Source: an uncultured Collinsella sp. | GTDB taxonomy: Bacteria; Actinomycetota; Coriobacteriia; Coriobacteriales; Coriobacteriaceae | Direction: 5' to 3' | DNA length: 64,000 bases | NCBI GenBank assembly: GCA_902478365.1 | Contig: CABSKX010000001.1 | Location: 21,342-85,341, forward strand | Shown here: positions 1-9,106 of the stretch, piece by piece | Layout: the number at the start of each line of letters is the position of its first letter | Numbering within the stretch: the stretch's first letter is position 1 | The notes under the pieces: generated by a model | The model's input: only the letters and a program-made list of their open reading frames with translations | Told to the model about the DNA's origin: nothing | Database searches by the model: none | Made by a program: the position numbers and the translations under genes

Positions 1-1
1 T

Positions 2-238
2 CAATATGACGATCGCCACATTCTCAACTCGTTTAACTTTGCCGACCCTGCCGTGCGCCAGGACTACTTTAATTCGGTCTGTAATCCGGACGCATTGCTC
101 AAAAATGTACGTGACGGCGTGACACTTGATGCAGATAGTAAGATTGTACAGTTGAGCACCTGCATGCTCGATAGCTCGCAGGGCAACTCGCGCTATATTG
201 TGAGCGGTGTGTTAACAAGCGACCAGGAGACAAAATAG
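2..238 (+). CDS. sortase family transpeptidase, C-terminal fragment (gene starts upstream of window); class B-like
   Basis: Frame 2 is open from the window edge (QYDDRHILNSFNFADP...) to the stop at 236-238. It contains the catalytic-Cys motif LSTC, followed about 10 aa later by a conserved Arg (NSRYIVSG). Confidence 0.6.
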   Translation, partial: QYDDRHILNSFNFADPAVRQDYFNSVCNPDALLKNVRDGVTLDADSKIVQLSTCMLDSSQGNSRYIVSGVLTSDQETK

Positions 239-240
239 TC

Positions 241-1518
241 ATGAACCCCCGTGGCAAGCACTTTATCGATGCGGTGGATCCCGACGAAAATCAAGTAAAC
301 AATCCCGAGCAGCAGGTTCGGGATGCGGCGGAGCCTGTCGAGCCTCAATGGGAGACCAAAGGCACTCCGACACCTCAATCTGACGAAAAATCCCAGGGCA
401 AGGCCGAGGCTCCGTCCGACGCATCGGCAAAGACCGATGAAGCTGCGGCGCAGCCTGTTGATGAGGTAGAGTGGCCTTCGCTTGATGAGGCGGGACCTCA
501 GCGTCGTCGACGCTCCAAAGAGTCGATTAAGCGCATCAAGCGCCGCCGCCGTATCCGCACGCTGCTGATCGTGCTGCTCGTGATTGGTGCGGTTGCTGCT
601 GCCGGCTGGGGCTTTGTGAATCACAGCGTGAACCAAGGCAAAAAGAAGATTGAGGAAAAGACCGAAAAGGTCATTAAGGCCAAGGGCGACACCATTACCT
701 ATAACGGCAAGAAGTATGCGCTCAACAAGCATATGGCCACGGTGGCGTTTATCGGCTTTGATGGCCGCAATAACGATGACGGCACCCAGAAGGGCCAGTC
801 CGATACTGTGATGGTCGTAGCGCTTAATACCGACACGGGCGAGGCCCGCGGCATTATCATCCCGCGCGACAGCATGGTTGCCGTAGATACGTATTCCAAT
901 GGTTCGTTTGCCGGTCAGGTGACCGAGCAGCTGTGCTTGCAGTTTGCCTATGGCACCGATGGCGACAACTCATCGGCGCTGACGGCCACCGCTGCCTCGC
1001 GTGTGCTCGATAACATTCCGGTCGACTATTACTACACGCTCAATATCGAGGGCGTGGCTCCCATTAATGACTCCATCGGCGGTGTGACGCTGGTGCCTAC
1101 GCAGACCGTGCCGGGCACGTCGGTTGTCGAGGGCCAGGAGACCACGCTGTTTGGTACAACGGCGGAAAAGTACGTGCAGTGGCGCGACACGACGAATCTG
1201 ACGTCTTCGCTGGATCGCACAGCGCGCCAGGTGAGCTACGTGCAGGCGTTTGCGTCGAAGGTACTCAGCAGTGCCAAGAGCAACCCCGCCATGCTCATCA
1301 GCCTGTATCAGGCCATGGGCGACTATACGTGGACCAATTTGGGTCTCGATGAGTTCAGCTATCTAGCGACTACGATGCTCGAGCACGGCCTGACTTCGTT
1401 TGATGTCGTGACGCTGCAGGGCACCATGCAGCAGGGCGACACCTTCGCCGAGTTCTACCTGGACCAGGACAACGTAAAGCAAACGGTCGTCGATACCTTC
1501 TATCATCCAGTCGACTAG
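241..1518 (+). CDS. LCP (LytR-CpsA-Psr) family cell-wall glycopolymer transferase with disordered cytoplasmic N-terminus and one TM helix
   Basis: AGGAG lies 11 nt upstream of the ATG. TM segment is IRTLLIVLLVIGAVAAAGWGF. LCP core motif is QSDTVMVVALNTDTGEARGIIIPRDSMV. Confidence 0.85.
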   Translation: MNPRGKHFIDAVDPDENQVNNPEQQVRDAAEPVEPQWETKGTPTPQSDEKSQGKAEAPSDASAKTDEAAAQPVDEVEWPSLDEAGPQRRRRSKESIKRIKRRRRIRTLLIVLLVIGAVAAAGWGFVNHSVNQGKKKIEEKTEKVIKAKGDTITYNGKKYALNKHMATVAFIGFDGRNNDDGTQKGQSDTVMVVALNTDTGEARGIIIPRDSMVAVDTYSNGSFAGQVTEQLCLQFAYGTDGDNSSALTATAASRVLDNIPVDYYYTLNIEGVAPINDSIGGVTLVPTQTVPGTSVVEGQETTLFGTTAEKYVQWRDTTNLTSSLDRTARQVSYVQAFASKVLSSAKSNPAMLISLYQAMGDYTWTNLGLDEFSYLATTMLEHGLTSFDVVTLQGTMQQGDTFAEFYLDQDNVKQTVVDTFYHPVD

Positions 1519-1684
1519 ATGTCACCAATGGCTCACTCGATGTCAGGCACCAACAGCGAGCGGGCCGCATTTGCGCCAAGGTGACGTGAAATGAGAGGGC
1601 GCTGACCTTTTGGTCGCGCCCTCGAAATTGAACGTCAGATTGGCGTGAATGCGGCCCGCGCAGCGTCAACGGGTCCGCCGTTCG

Positions 1685-2212
1685 TTAGAACGGCGGAACA
1701 TACATTACGTTGTTGCGGCGCGGCTTTGCCTCGGGGAGTGCGTCCTCGGCGTAGCCCAGAATGCAGTTGCCCACACCGCGCAGGCTTCCGTCGGCAGGCA
1801 GACCCCACTTGGCCAGCAGTTTCAGTCCCTCGGGTGAGTCAAAGACCTCGTGCGCGCGGTGGATCCAACACGAATCGACGCCCAGCGCATAGGCTGCGTT
1901 GAGCAGGTTGCCCATGGCGAGCGAGCCGTCTTCCAGGTGCGTGGGCACGCTGCGGTCGACGAGCACCACCACAACGGTCTTGGCGCCGTAGAAGGGATCT
2001 CCCTCGCTGCCCATAACTTGTGCGTTGAGCTGCGAGAGGCGCTCGACGGTTGCGGGGTCGGTAACGGCGACGAACGTGACCGGCTGGCGTCCCATGCCGC
2101 TCGGCGCGTACTGGCCGGCTTCGATAATGCGTGCGAGCTTCTCGGCCTCGACAGGGCGATCGCTGTATTTGCGGCAGCTGCGGCGGTGGATGAGTGCTTC
2201 GATGGTCTCCAT
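1685..2212 (-). CDS. nitroreductase family protein
   Basis: METIEALIHRRSCRKYSDRPV...AGQYAPSGMGRQP is a typical nitroreductase N-terminus. The internal ATG at 2212 is preceded by AGGAGG. The 31 extra codons in the ORF track lack an RBS. Confidence 0.85.
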   Translation of the reverse strand: METIEALIHRRSCRKYSDRPVEAEKLARIIEAGQYAPSGMGRQPVTFVAVTDPATVERLSQLNAQVMGSEGDPFYGAKTVVVVLVDRSVPTHLEDGSLAMGNLLNAAYALGVDSCWIHRAHEVFDSPEGLKLLAKWGLPADGSLRGVGNCILGYAEDALPEAKPRRNNVMYVPPF

Positions 2213-2503
2213 GGGTCCTCCTGACGTTGGTTTCGATGCCTCGTTCTTACCCGCCGAACCAAAACCGTAATCGCGCAGTCGGCCCCAAACAATGCAAACT
2301 ACCAAGTGGAAAAGTTGGTTTGCATAAAACTTCAGCCAGAATGTGATAAACCGGTGGGATGGTTAAACGTTTTATCCCGTCTACCCTGCGGTTTTTTACC
2401 ACTTGCCTAAATGATGCGCGCATAAGCTCTGATAAAGGTTTTACTAAAGGAGCACCAACGTTTATCAACGCGCCATGGTGGCGCCGGGCCAGGAGGTAAC
2501 ATC

Positions 2504-2794
2504 ATGTTCCAGGCTGGAGATGTCGTCGAGACCGACTTCGAAGGATTTCTGAAGCTGCTGCGTTCCAAGACGCGCGCTTTCGTGTCGATTAACGATCACG
2601 AGTACTACATCACGCACACCGATGGCTATTGGCGTGTCCAGGATTGCGAGGCCCTCAACGATAAGGGTCACTTTACTGACTGCTCCGAGCTGGTCAACAC
2701 GGTCTGCGAGGTCGTCGAACTGCCGTGGATCTGCGGCAAGAGCCTGCACGACAGCTTCTCGGGCGCCACGGTCTACGAGGCCGTCGCTGCTTAA
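2504..2794 (+). CDS. hypothetical small protein (96 aa, four Cys)
   Basis: Good RBS (CCAGGAGGTAACATC-ATG) and its own terminator downstream. I recognise no family. Confidence 0.5.
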   Translation: MFQAGDVVETDFEGFLKLLRSKTRAFVSINDHEYYITHTDGYWRVQDCEALNDKGHFTDCSELVNTVCEVVELPWICGKSLHDSFSGATVYEAVAA

Positions 2795-2820
2795 CAGCCA
2801 ACACTCGATATTCTCTCGCA

Positions 2821-2857
2821 ACCGCCGGCGCCGCCCCCGCGCCGGCGGTCTTTTTTG
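2821..2857 (+). terminator. rho-independent terminator
   Basis: Stem accgccggcgc / gcgccggcggt, followed by cttttttg. Confidence 0.75.
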
Positions 2858-2906
2858 TCGATATGCTTATGTAGAGCCGACCATAGACAACGGAGCTTAT
2901 TGGCGA

Positions 2907-2958
2907 TAGTCAAAACTCGGACTAATGTAGAGATATGAATTGGTCAAAACTCGGACTA
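2907..2958. promoter_or_regulatory. two copies of an 18-bp operator-like palindrome upstream of the MarR-ABC operon
   Basis: TAGTCAAAACTCGGACTA (2907-2924) and TGGTCAAAACTCGGACTA (2941-2958), 34 bp apart. The second ends 4 bp before the marR start. Each has TAGTC/GACTA dyad ends. Confidence 0.45.
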
Positions 2959-2962
2959 TCGA

Positions 2963-3403
2963 ATGGCGGGAGAGATGAATAGTACAGTTAGCCCGGTCGA
3001 TTTCGACCGGATGCTCGTCGACACGAGTGCAGCGGGCGGAAGCGTTGCCGTGAGTCGGCTGACGAGTGAATGGTTCTACAGCAAACAGACCATCAATTCG
3101 GCGATTAAGACGCTTAGGGCGCGAGGGCTTGCGACGTTGGAGTTTGCCGAGGGCAGTCGTAAGAACAAGGTTGTGCGACTGACCGAAGAAGGCGTGCAGT
3201 TTGCCAAGCGCTACGCGTTGCCGGCGCAAAAAGCCGAGCAACAGGCATTCGAGGCGCTCGAGCCGTGGGAACAGCGCGAGATCATGCGCTTGGTCGGTAA
3301 GTTCTCCCACGTTCTGAACGAAGAGTGCGAGGCATTTAAACGGCAAGTGGTCGCCGAGAACGAGGCTGACGATAAGGGCGAGGGGGACACATGCGACTCT
3401 TAA
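2963..3403 (+). CDS. MarR family transcriptional regulator
   Basis: Winged-helix region SKQTINSAIKTLRARGLATLEF...KVVRLTEEG. It overlaps the start of the downstream ABC gene, so an operon is likely. Confidence 0.8.
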   Translation: MAGEMNSTVSPVDFDRMLVDTSAAGGSVAVSRLTSEWFYSKQTINSAIKTLRARGLATLEFAEGSRKNKVVRLTEEGVQFAKRYALPAQKAEQQAFEALEPWEQREIMRLVGKFSHVLNEECEAFKRQVVAENEADDKGEGDTCDS

Positions 3404-5127
3404 TGAGGTTTATGAGGCCGTACCGCGGTCTGATTGCGGTGACGCTGTTTGCGGTGCTGATAGATAACGTCGGTACGCTGTTGGTTCCCACGATGCTGGC
3501 GAATATGGTCAACACCGGTATTACCACGGGCGATGTCGACTATATTTTACGCAACGGCCTGTACATGCTTATCGCGACCGGCATGGCCAGCGGCGGCACG
3601 GTGCTGGGCTGCTATCTTTCGGCGCGCCTGGCCGCCAACGTGGCCTGCGATATCCGCAATGCCGTGTACGACAAGTCGCTCGAGCTGTCCGCCAGCGACT
3701 TTGAGCGCTTTGGCACGGGTTCGATGATCACACGCTCGCTCAACGACATCAACGTGATTCAGCAAGCTGTCCTTCAGACGATTCAGTTGGTGCTGCCGGT
3801 GCCGTTCTTGGCCGTGGCAGGCATCATTTTTGCTTGGTTCATCGATCCCGCCATGGGCACGCTGCTGGGCGTGGTGGTTGCGATCGTGCTGGTGGCGGCG
3901 GTCTTTACGGTGGCTAACGCCGCGCCGATCTTTATGCGCCTGCAGAGCTTTATCGACCGCATGAACGTGGTGCTGCGCGAGAACATCGTGGGCGTGCGCG
4001 TCATCCGCGCATTTAACAAGGAGCGCCACGAGGAGCGGCGCCTGGACGAGGTGTTTAGCGATTACGCGGCCAACGCCATCAAGGTCAACCACCTGTTTGT
4101 GGGTCTCGACAGCTCCAGCTTCTTTTTGATGAACATCGCCGAGGTGGCGGTGCTGTGGGTGGGCGGCAACCGCGTGGGCGTCCACGCCATGCAAATCGGC
4201 AGCATCTCGGCCGTGCTGGAGTACGCGATCTTGATCCTGTTCTTTGTGATGATGGCGCAGATGGTGATTCTGACGCTTCCGCGCGCCGCGGCGTGCCTCA
4301 ACCGCGCGCAACAGGTGCTCGAAATCGAGCCGAGCATCGTGGACGGCAAGGCAACGCTGGGCGACGGGGCGCCTGAGTCCGCAGATGGTGCCGACGCGGT
4401 TGCCGTGTTCGACCATATGTCGTTCCGTTTTGACGATGCCGACGAGGACACCCTGTGCGACCTGAGCTTTGCCTGTCGCCGTGGCCTGACCACGGCGATT
4501 GTAGGCTCAACGGGCTCGGGCAAGTCAACGGTGGCCAAGCTCTTGTTGCGTTTCCACGATGCCACGAAGGGCGCCATTCGCCTGAATGGCATCGATCTGC
4601 GCGACCTTTCGCAAGGTGAGATTCGCGGGCATATCGCTTACGTGCCGCAGAAGGCGTGGCTGTTCTCGGGTACGGTGGCGAGCAACCTGCGCTTTGGCAA
4701 CGAGGGCGCGACCGAGGCTGACATGCTCCATGCGCTGGAGGTTGCCCAGAGCACCTTTGTGCTCGATCAGCCCCAGGGGCTCGATACTCCGGTATCCCAG
4801 GGCGGCACGAACTTCTCGGGCGGTCAGCGCCAGCGCCTGGCGATCGCCCGCGCACTCATGAAGCATGCCGATCTATATATCTTCGATGACAGTTTTTCGG
4901 CCCTGGACTTTAAGACCGATGCCGCCCTGCGCCATGCGCTGCAGGACGAGACGCGCGATGCCGCGGTGCTCATCATCGCGCAACGTATCTCGACTATTTT
5001 GCATGCCGATCAGATCGTGGTGCTCAAAGACGGCGAGATCGTGGGCCTAGGCACGCACGACGAGCTCATGGAAACCTGCGAGGTGTACCGCGCTATCGCG
5101 GAATCGCAGATGAAGGGAGGTGAGTAG
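3391..5127 (+). CDS. ABC exporter, fused permease/ATPase, degenerate-site subunit of a heterodimer
   Basis: Six-TM exporter domain. Walker A is GSTGSGKST and the signature is FSGGQRQR. Walker B is IFDDSFSALD, with Asp/Ser where the catalytic Glu normally sits. Confidence 0.9.
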   Translation: MRLLMRFMRPYRGLIAVTLFAVLIDNVGTLLVPTMLANMVNTGITTGDVDYILRNGLYMLIATGMASGGTVLGCYLSARLAANVACDIRNAVYDKSLELSASDFERFGTGSMITRSLNDINVIQQAVLQTIQLVLPVPFLAVAGIIFAWFIDPAMGTLLGVVVAIVLVAAVFTVANAAPIFMRLQSFIDRMNVVLRENIVGVRVIRAFNKERHEERRLDEVFSDYAANAIKVNHLFVGLDSSSFFLMNIAEVAVLWVGGNRVGVHAMQIGSISAVLEYAILILFFVMMAQMVILTLPRAAACLNRAQQVLEIEPSIVDGKATLGDGAPESADGADAVAVFDHMSFRFDDADEDTLCDLSFACRRGLTTAIVGSTGSGKSTVAKLLLRFHDATKGAIRLNGIDLRDLSQGEIRGHIAYVPQKAWLFSGTVASNLRFGNEGATEADMLHALEVAQSTFVLDQPQGLDTPVSQGGTNFSGGQRQRLAIARALMKHADLYIFDDSFSALDFKTDAALRHALQDETRDAAVLIIAQRISTILHADQIVVLKDGEIVGLGTHDELMETCEVYRAIAESQMKGGE

Positions 5128-5128
5128 C

Positions 5129-7129
5129 ATGACCGAGGGGCTCAAGAAGCAGGGCATCGCCGATGATGCCTCGGTTGCAGAGGCAGTCGAGGAGACGGGT
5201 GTCGCGCCCGACCTGGACGAAGCCGCCAAGGCGGCGGAGCGCGAGGCTCGCCGCCAGGCACTCTACGAGGAAAACGAGCGCGCCGAGGACGAGCGCGCCC
5301 GCGCCGAGGCGGAGCGCATGCGCGACGTTGACGACGAGGACGAGGACGAGACGCCCCGCGACACCTGGGCGACGGTGCGCCGCCTGTGGAGCGAAGCCGC
5401 CGGCGACCATTGGCGCTTCTATATCGTGTTCGCGAGCATCGTGTTCTATGTCATCTTTAACACCGCGGCGCCGGCTTACAGCGCCCGCGTGATCGATGAG
5501 CTGTGGGGGCACATGAAGCTGGCGTTTGCCAACAACACTACCTTCAGCATTACCTGGGAGAATTGCGGCAGGACCATCTTCATCTACTTTATGATCTGGA
5601 CCGCCGCCGCCTCGTTCTACGCACTCCAGAGCTTTTTGATGTCGAGCGTTGCCGAGCGCCTCAACCTGCGCCTACGCAACCGCATCGCACAAAAGCTCAA
5701 CCGTCTGCCGCTTGCCTACTTTGACGCGCATCGTCCCGGCGAGGTCGTCAGCCGTGCGACCAACGACTTGGACAAGATGTCCGAGAGCATGCAGCGCGGC
5801 TTGCTGCAGCTTCTGGTGTCAATCGGTACCGTGGTGGGCGCCGTGAGCGTGATGTTCGTGTTTAGTGTGCCGCTCACGCTTGTATTTTTGTTCTTTACGG
5901 CGCTTTCGCTGCTGGTGACGAAGGTCGTTTCGCGCCGCACGCACGATGTGACGGGCGAGCGCCAGGAGTGGGTGTCCAAGATTACGAGCGCGGTCGAGGA
6001 AGGCTACTCGGGCCGTCTGGTAATCCGTGCGTTTAACCGCGAGCGCCAGAGCTCTGCCGAGGTGCACGAGGCTTCGAAGGAGCTGGCGCGCGTGAGCACC
6101 AAGGCCGACTTTATGATTAACGCCGTCGGTCCCGCAGTGCGCTTTATCGGCCGCTTGGCGCAAATCGTGATTGCGCTTGTGGGCTGCAGTATGTTGGTTG
6201 CCGGGCATATGACCGTCGGCGTGTTCCAGGCGTTCTTCCAGTTTATCTACGAGGCATCCGAGCCCATGACGCAGCTGTCGTTTACCTTTAACTCGCTGCA
6301 GAGCGCGCTGGCGAGCGCCGAGCGCGTGTTCGACCTGCTCGACGAGCCCGAGATGGAAGCCGATCCGTTGCCGGCGGCCGCCGCCAAGCTGCCGGGCAAG
6401 GTGGAGGGCCGTGTTGCCTTTGAACACGTGCGTTTTGGCTATGCGCCCGACAAGCCGCTCATGCGCGACGTGTCGTTTGCCGCCGAGCCGGGCCAAAAGA
6501 TCGCGGTGGTGGGAACCACGGGCGCGGGCAAGACCACGCTCATCAATCTGCTCATGCGCTTCTACGAGATCGACGGTGGTCGCATTACCCTCGACGGCGT
6601 GGACACGAGCCGCATGGATCGTGGCGAGCTGCGCCAGCAGTTTGGCATGGTGTTGCAGGACGCCTGGCTGTTCGATGGCACCATTGCCGAGAACATCGCC
6701 TATGGCTGTCCCGAGGCGACGCGCGAGGAGATTGTCGCGGCCGCGCGTGCTGCTCAGGTCGACTTCTTTGTGCGCACTATGCCGCAGGGCTACGACACGC
6801 GTGTGGCTAACGATGCCGAGAGCATCAGCCAGGGCCAACGTCAGCTGCTGACCATCGCGCGCGTGCTGCTCAACAACCCGGCGATCCTCATCCTGGACGA
6901 GGCGACGTCGAGTGTGGACACGCGCACCGAGCTCGCCATCGGCCGCGCCATGGACGCGCTTATGCGCGGGCGCACGAGCTTTGTGATCGCGCACCGTCTG
7001 TCGACGATCGTGGATGCCGACCTGATTCTGGTCATGGATCACGGCAACATTATCGAGCAGGGCACGCACAAGGAGCTGCTGGCTGCCGAGGGCGCTTATG
7101 CCGACCTCTATCTAAGCCAGTTCGCATAA
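5129..7129 (+). CDS. ABC exporter, fused permease/ATPase, consensus-site subunit, with acidic N-terminal extension
   Basis: The ATG at 5129 lies 9 nt after AAGGGAGG, whereas the GTG at 5120 has no spacer. Walker A is GTTGAGKTT and Walker B is ILILDEATSSVD. The signature is altered to ISQGQRQL. Confidence 0.9.
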   Translation: MTEGLKKQGIADDASVAEAVEETGVAPDLDEAAKAAEREARRQALYEENERAEDERARAEAERMRDVDDEDEDETPRDTWATVRRLWSEAAGDHWRFYIVFASIVFYVIFNTAAPAYSARVIDELWGHMKLAFANNTTFSITWENCGRTIFIYFMIWTAAASFYALQSFLMSSVAERLNLRLRNRIAQKLNRLPLAYFDAHRPGEVVSRATNDLDKMSESMQRGLLQLLVSIGTVVGAVSVMFVFSVPLTLVFLFFTALSLLVTKVVSRRTHDVTGERQEWVSKITSAVEEGYSGRLVIRAFNRERQSSAEVHEASKELARVSTKADFMINAVGPAVRFIGRLAQIVIALVGCSMLVAGHMTVGVFQAFFQFIYEASEPMTQLSFTFNSLQSALASAERVFDLLDEPEMEADPLPAAAAKLPGKVEGRVAFEHVRFGYAPDKPLMRDVSFAAEPGQKIAVVGTTGAGKTTLINLLMRFYEIDGGRITLDGVDTSRMDRGELRQQFGMVLQDAWLFDGTIAENIAYGCPEATREEIVAAARAAQVDFFVRTMPQGYDTRVANDAESISQGQRQLLTIARVLLNNPAILILDEATSSVDTRTELAIGRAMDALMRGRTSFVIAHRLSTIVDADLILVMDHGNIIEQGTHKELLAAEGAYADLYLSQFA

Positions 7130-7169
7130 GGTGGCAAAGGGGCAGTCCCGCATGTCACATCGAAAAGAA

Positions 7170-7207
7170 GGCGCGCCGGGGGCGGATTCCCTGGCGCGCC
7201 GTTTGTG
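7170..7207. terminator. hairpin between convergent genes (ABC and cysE)
   Basis: Stem ggcgcgccggg / cctggcgcgcc, then gtttgtgtt. It follows a degenerate copy of the GACAAAGGG palindrome (7130-7160). Confidence 0.5.
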
Positions 7208-7240
7208 TTGGCGTTCATGCTGTGGCGGTTGCCCGCGGCC

Positions 7241-7945
7241 CTAGCGTTCGTCCACAAGTTTGGCGACGAGGGCTTTGAGCTCGGCCACCTCTTGCTCGAG
7301 TTCCTTGACGCGACGGGCGTTTTCGGTGATGCCCTGACGGTTGAGGGCGCTCTGCTCGGCGGCATCGTCGGGCATGTACTCGCGATGCTGCTTGGCGTCG
7401 AAGCTCTCCTCGAACACGCGGCAGCCGTTGCGCTTGATGATGCGCCCGGGTACGCCCACGACGGTGCAGTTGTCGGGCACGTCCTTGACGACAACCGAAT
7501 TGCCGCCGATCTTGACGTTGTTGCCAATGTGGATGTTGCCAAGCACCTTGGCGCCCGTGCCCACCGTGACATTGTTGCCCAGGGTGGGGTGGCGCTTGCC
7601 GGTTTCGTTGCCGGTACCGCCGAGCGTGACGCCCTGGTAGAGCACGCAGTTGTCGCCCACAATGGTGGTCTCGCCGATAACGACGCCCATGGCGTGGTCG
7701 ATAAAGAAATGTTTGCCGATCTGTGCAGCGGGATGAATCTCGACGCCGGTGAAGTGGCGGGTGATTTGCGAGAGCACGCGGGCGAGCGAGCAATGACCGT
7801 GCTCCCAGAGCCAGTGCTCGGGCACGTGGTTCCACTTGGCGTGCAGGCCAGGGTAGGAAAGGAAGATGACCAGGGCACTTTGCGCGGCAGGGTCCTGCGC
7901 CTGGACGGTCTTGATGTCCTCGCGAATGGTATTGATAAAGCTCAC
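7241..7945 (-). CDS. cysE: serine O-acetyltransferase with a roughly 60-aa charged, coiled-coil-like C-terminal tail
   Basis: Motifs: [11 protein letters not shown]...HRLAR-like region, [44 protein letters not shown] and hexapeptide repeats. The GTG at 7945 is preceded by GGGAGGG. The tail ends ...[24 protein letters not shown]. Confidence 0.85.
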   Translation of the reverse strand: MSFINTIREDIKTVQAQDPAAQSALVIFLSYPGLHAKWNHVPEHWLWEHGHCSLARVLSQITRHFTGVEIHPAAQIGKHFFIDHAMGVVIGETTIVGDNCVLYQGVTLGGTGNETGKRHPTLGNNVTVGTGAKVLGNIHIGNNVKIGGNSVVVKDVPDNCTVVGVPGRIIKRNGCRVFEESFDAKQHREYMPDDAAEQSALNRQGITENARRVKELEQEVAELKALVAKLVDER

Positions 7946-8169
7946 CGGCCGCCCTCCCTTAGCGCCGTGACAATGCGATTCACTAAAGTATAGCGATTCG
8001 CTAGGGATTAGGAAGAACAATCTTGCTTTGCTTTGGGCGACAAGTGTCAGTTATGCAAACTTGCTGGTAATGAAGTAAGACTTTTGAGGGGTTTGGCCCG
8101 TGCTCGCGCCGCAACCGTATACTGGTCAACTTGGACGTGTCCGCGCCCACAACTGAGAGGTTTTACTTC

Positions 8170-8817
8170 ATGGGTTTCATCAATTTCATTGCCGAGCTGC
8201 TTAAGGACCCGCGCACCGCGATTGCCAGCTGGATCGCCGCCGGCCCGCTTATGGCCTACGGCTGCGTGTTCCTGATCATCTTCATTGAGACAGGCGTGGT
8301 GTTCTTCCCGTTCCTTCCCGGCGACTCGCTGTTGTTTGCCTCGGGCTTCTTTGCCCATAACGGCGGCTTTAACATCGTGGCGCTTCTGGCCACCGCATGG
8401 GCTGCAGCCATCCTAGGCGATCAGTGCAACTTTATGATCGGCCACTTCTTTGGCCGCAAGATCATCGCCTCGGGCAAGGTAAAGGCTATGACGCCCGAGC
8501 GCATCAAAAAGTCCGAGGATTTCCTGGATAAGTGGGGCCATCTGGCCATCTTCCTCGGTCGCTTCTTCCCGTTCATCCGCACCTTTGTGCCTTTTATCGC
8601 CGGCATGGGCGGCATGCACTGGCGCAACTTTGTCATCTTTAACGTGCTGGGTGGCATTACCTGGTCGACGGTCTTTACGCTGCTGGGTTACTTCTTTGGT
8701 GGCATTCCGTTTGTGCAGGAGCACTTTGAGCTGCTGATCGTCGGCATCGTCGCCGTGTCGATCATCCCGACCGTGGTCGGCCTGGTTAAGGCAAAGCTGG
8801 GCAAAAAGAACGCCTAG
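8170..8817 (+). CDS. DedA/VTT-domain family membrane protein
   Basis: Motif FIETGVVFFPFLPGDSLLFASG plus multiple TM helices. The ATG at 8170 follows GAGAGG. Confidence 0.85.
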   Translation: MGFINFIAELLKDPRTAIASWIAAGPLMAYGCVFLIIFIETGVVFFPFLPGDSLLFASGFFAHNGGFNIVALLATAWAAAILGDQCNFMIGHFFGRKIIASGKVKAMTPERIKKSEDFLDKWGHLAIFLGRFFPFIRTFVPFIAGMGGMHWRNFVIFNVLGGITWSTVFTLLGYFFGGIPFVQEHFELLIVGIVAVSIIPTVVGLVKAKLGKKNA

Positions 8818-8847
8818 TCCGAGCTTGTTTTCGGACGTTAATTCCAA

Positions 8848-8880
8848 GGCCCGTCATCGGATTCGATGGCGGGCCTTTTG
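8848..8880 (+). terminator. rho-independent terminator
   Basis: Stem ggcccgtcatcg / cgatggcgggcc, then tttt. Confidence 0.7.
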
Positions 8881-9106
8881 TGTTGAAGGCAAATGAAAAT
8901 ACTTTACTTAGTTAAAGAAAAACGTTTTATCCAAGGCGTGCGGGGAGTACAATCACCTGCATGCGAATCGACGTGCCATCGGCTTTGATGCTGCCCGCGT
9001 GTCCTGCCCGGCTCTACGCTCCGGGTATGCGACGTTGCGACGCGGCCGGCCTCGGTCCTTGCGTGCGGGTTCGCGAGTATGCAACCGTGTATGTAAGGAG
9101 CGACAT

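Noticed and set aside
7108-7993. Alternative-frame ORFs overlapping cysE (7108-7878, 7215-7835, 7205-7993)
   Set aside because: Only the 7241-7945 minus-strand frame yields the serine acetyltransferase hexapeptide-repeat sequence. The others are Arg/Ala/Pro-rich shadows.
8999-9106. N-terminal extensions in the ORF track for ilvE, and likewise for the nitroreductase, dedA, tetR, tadA, kup, tex, pdxK, merR, ubiD, the MFS at 55829 and the ABC gene at 46294
   Set aside because: In each case an internal start codon is preceded at 5-10 nt by a strong GGAG-type RBS and coincides with the conserved family N-terminus. The extended parts are Arg/Pro-rich and overlap upstream genes or structured elements.
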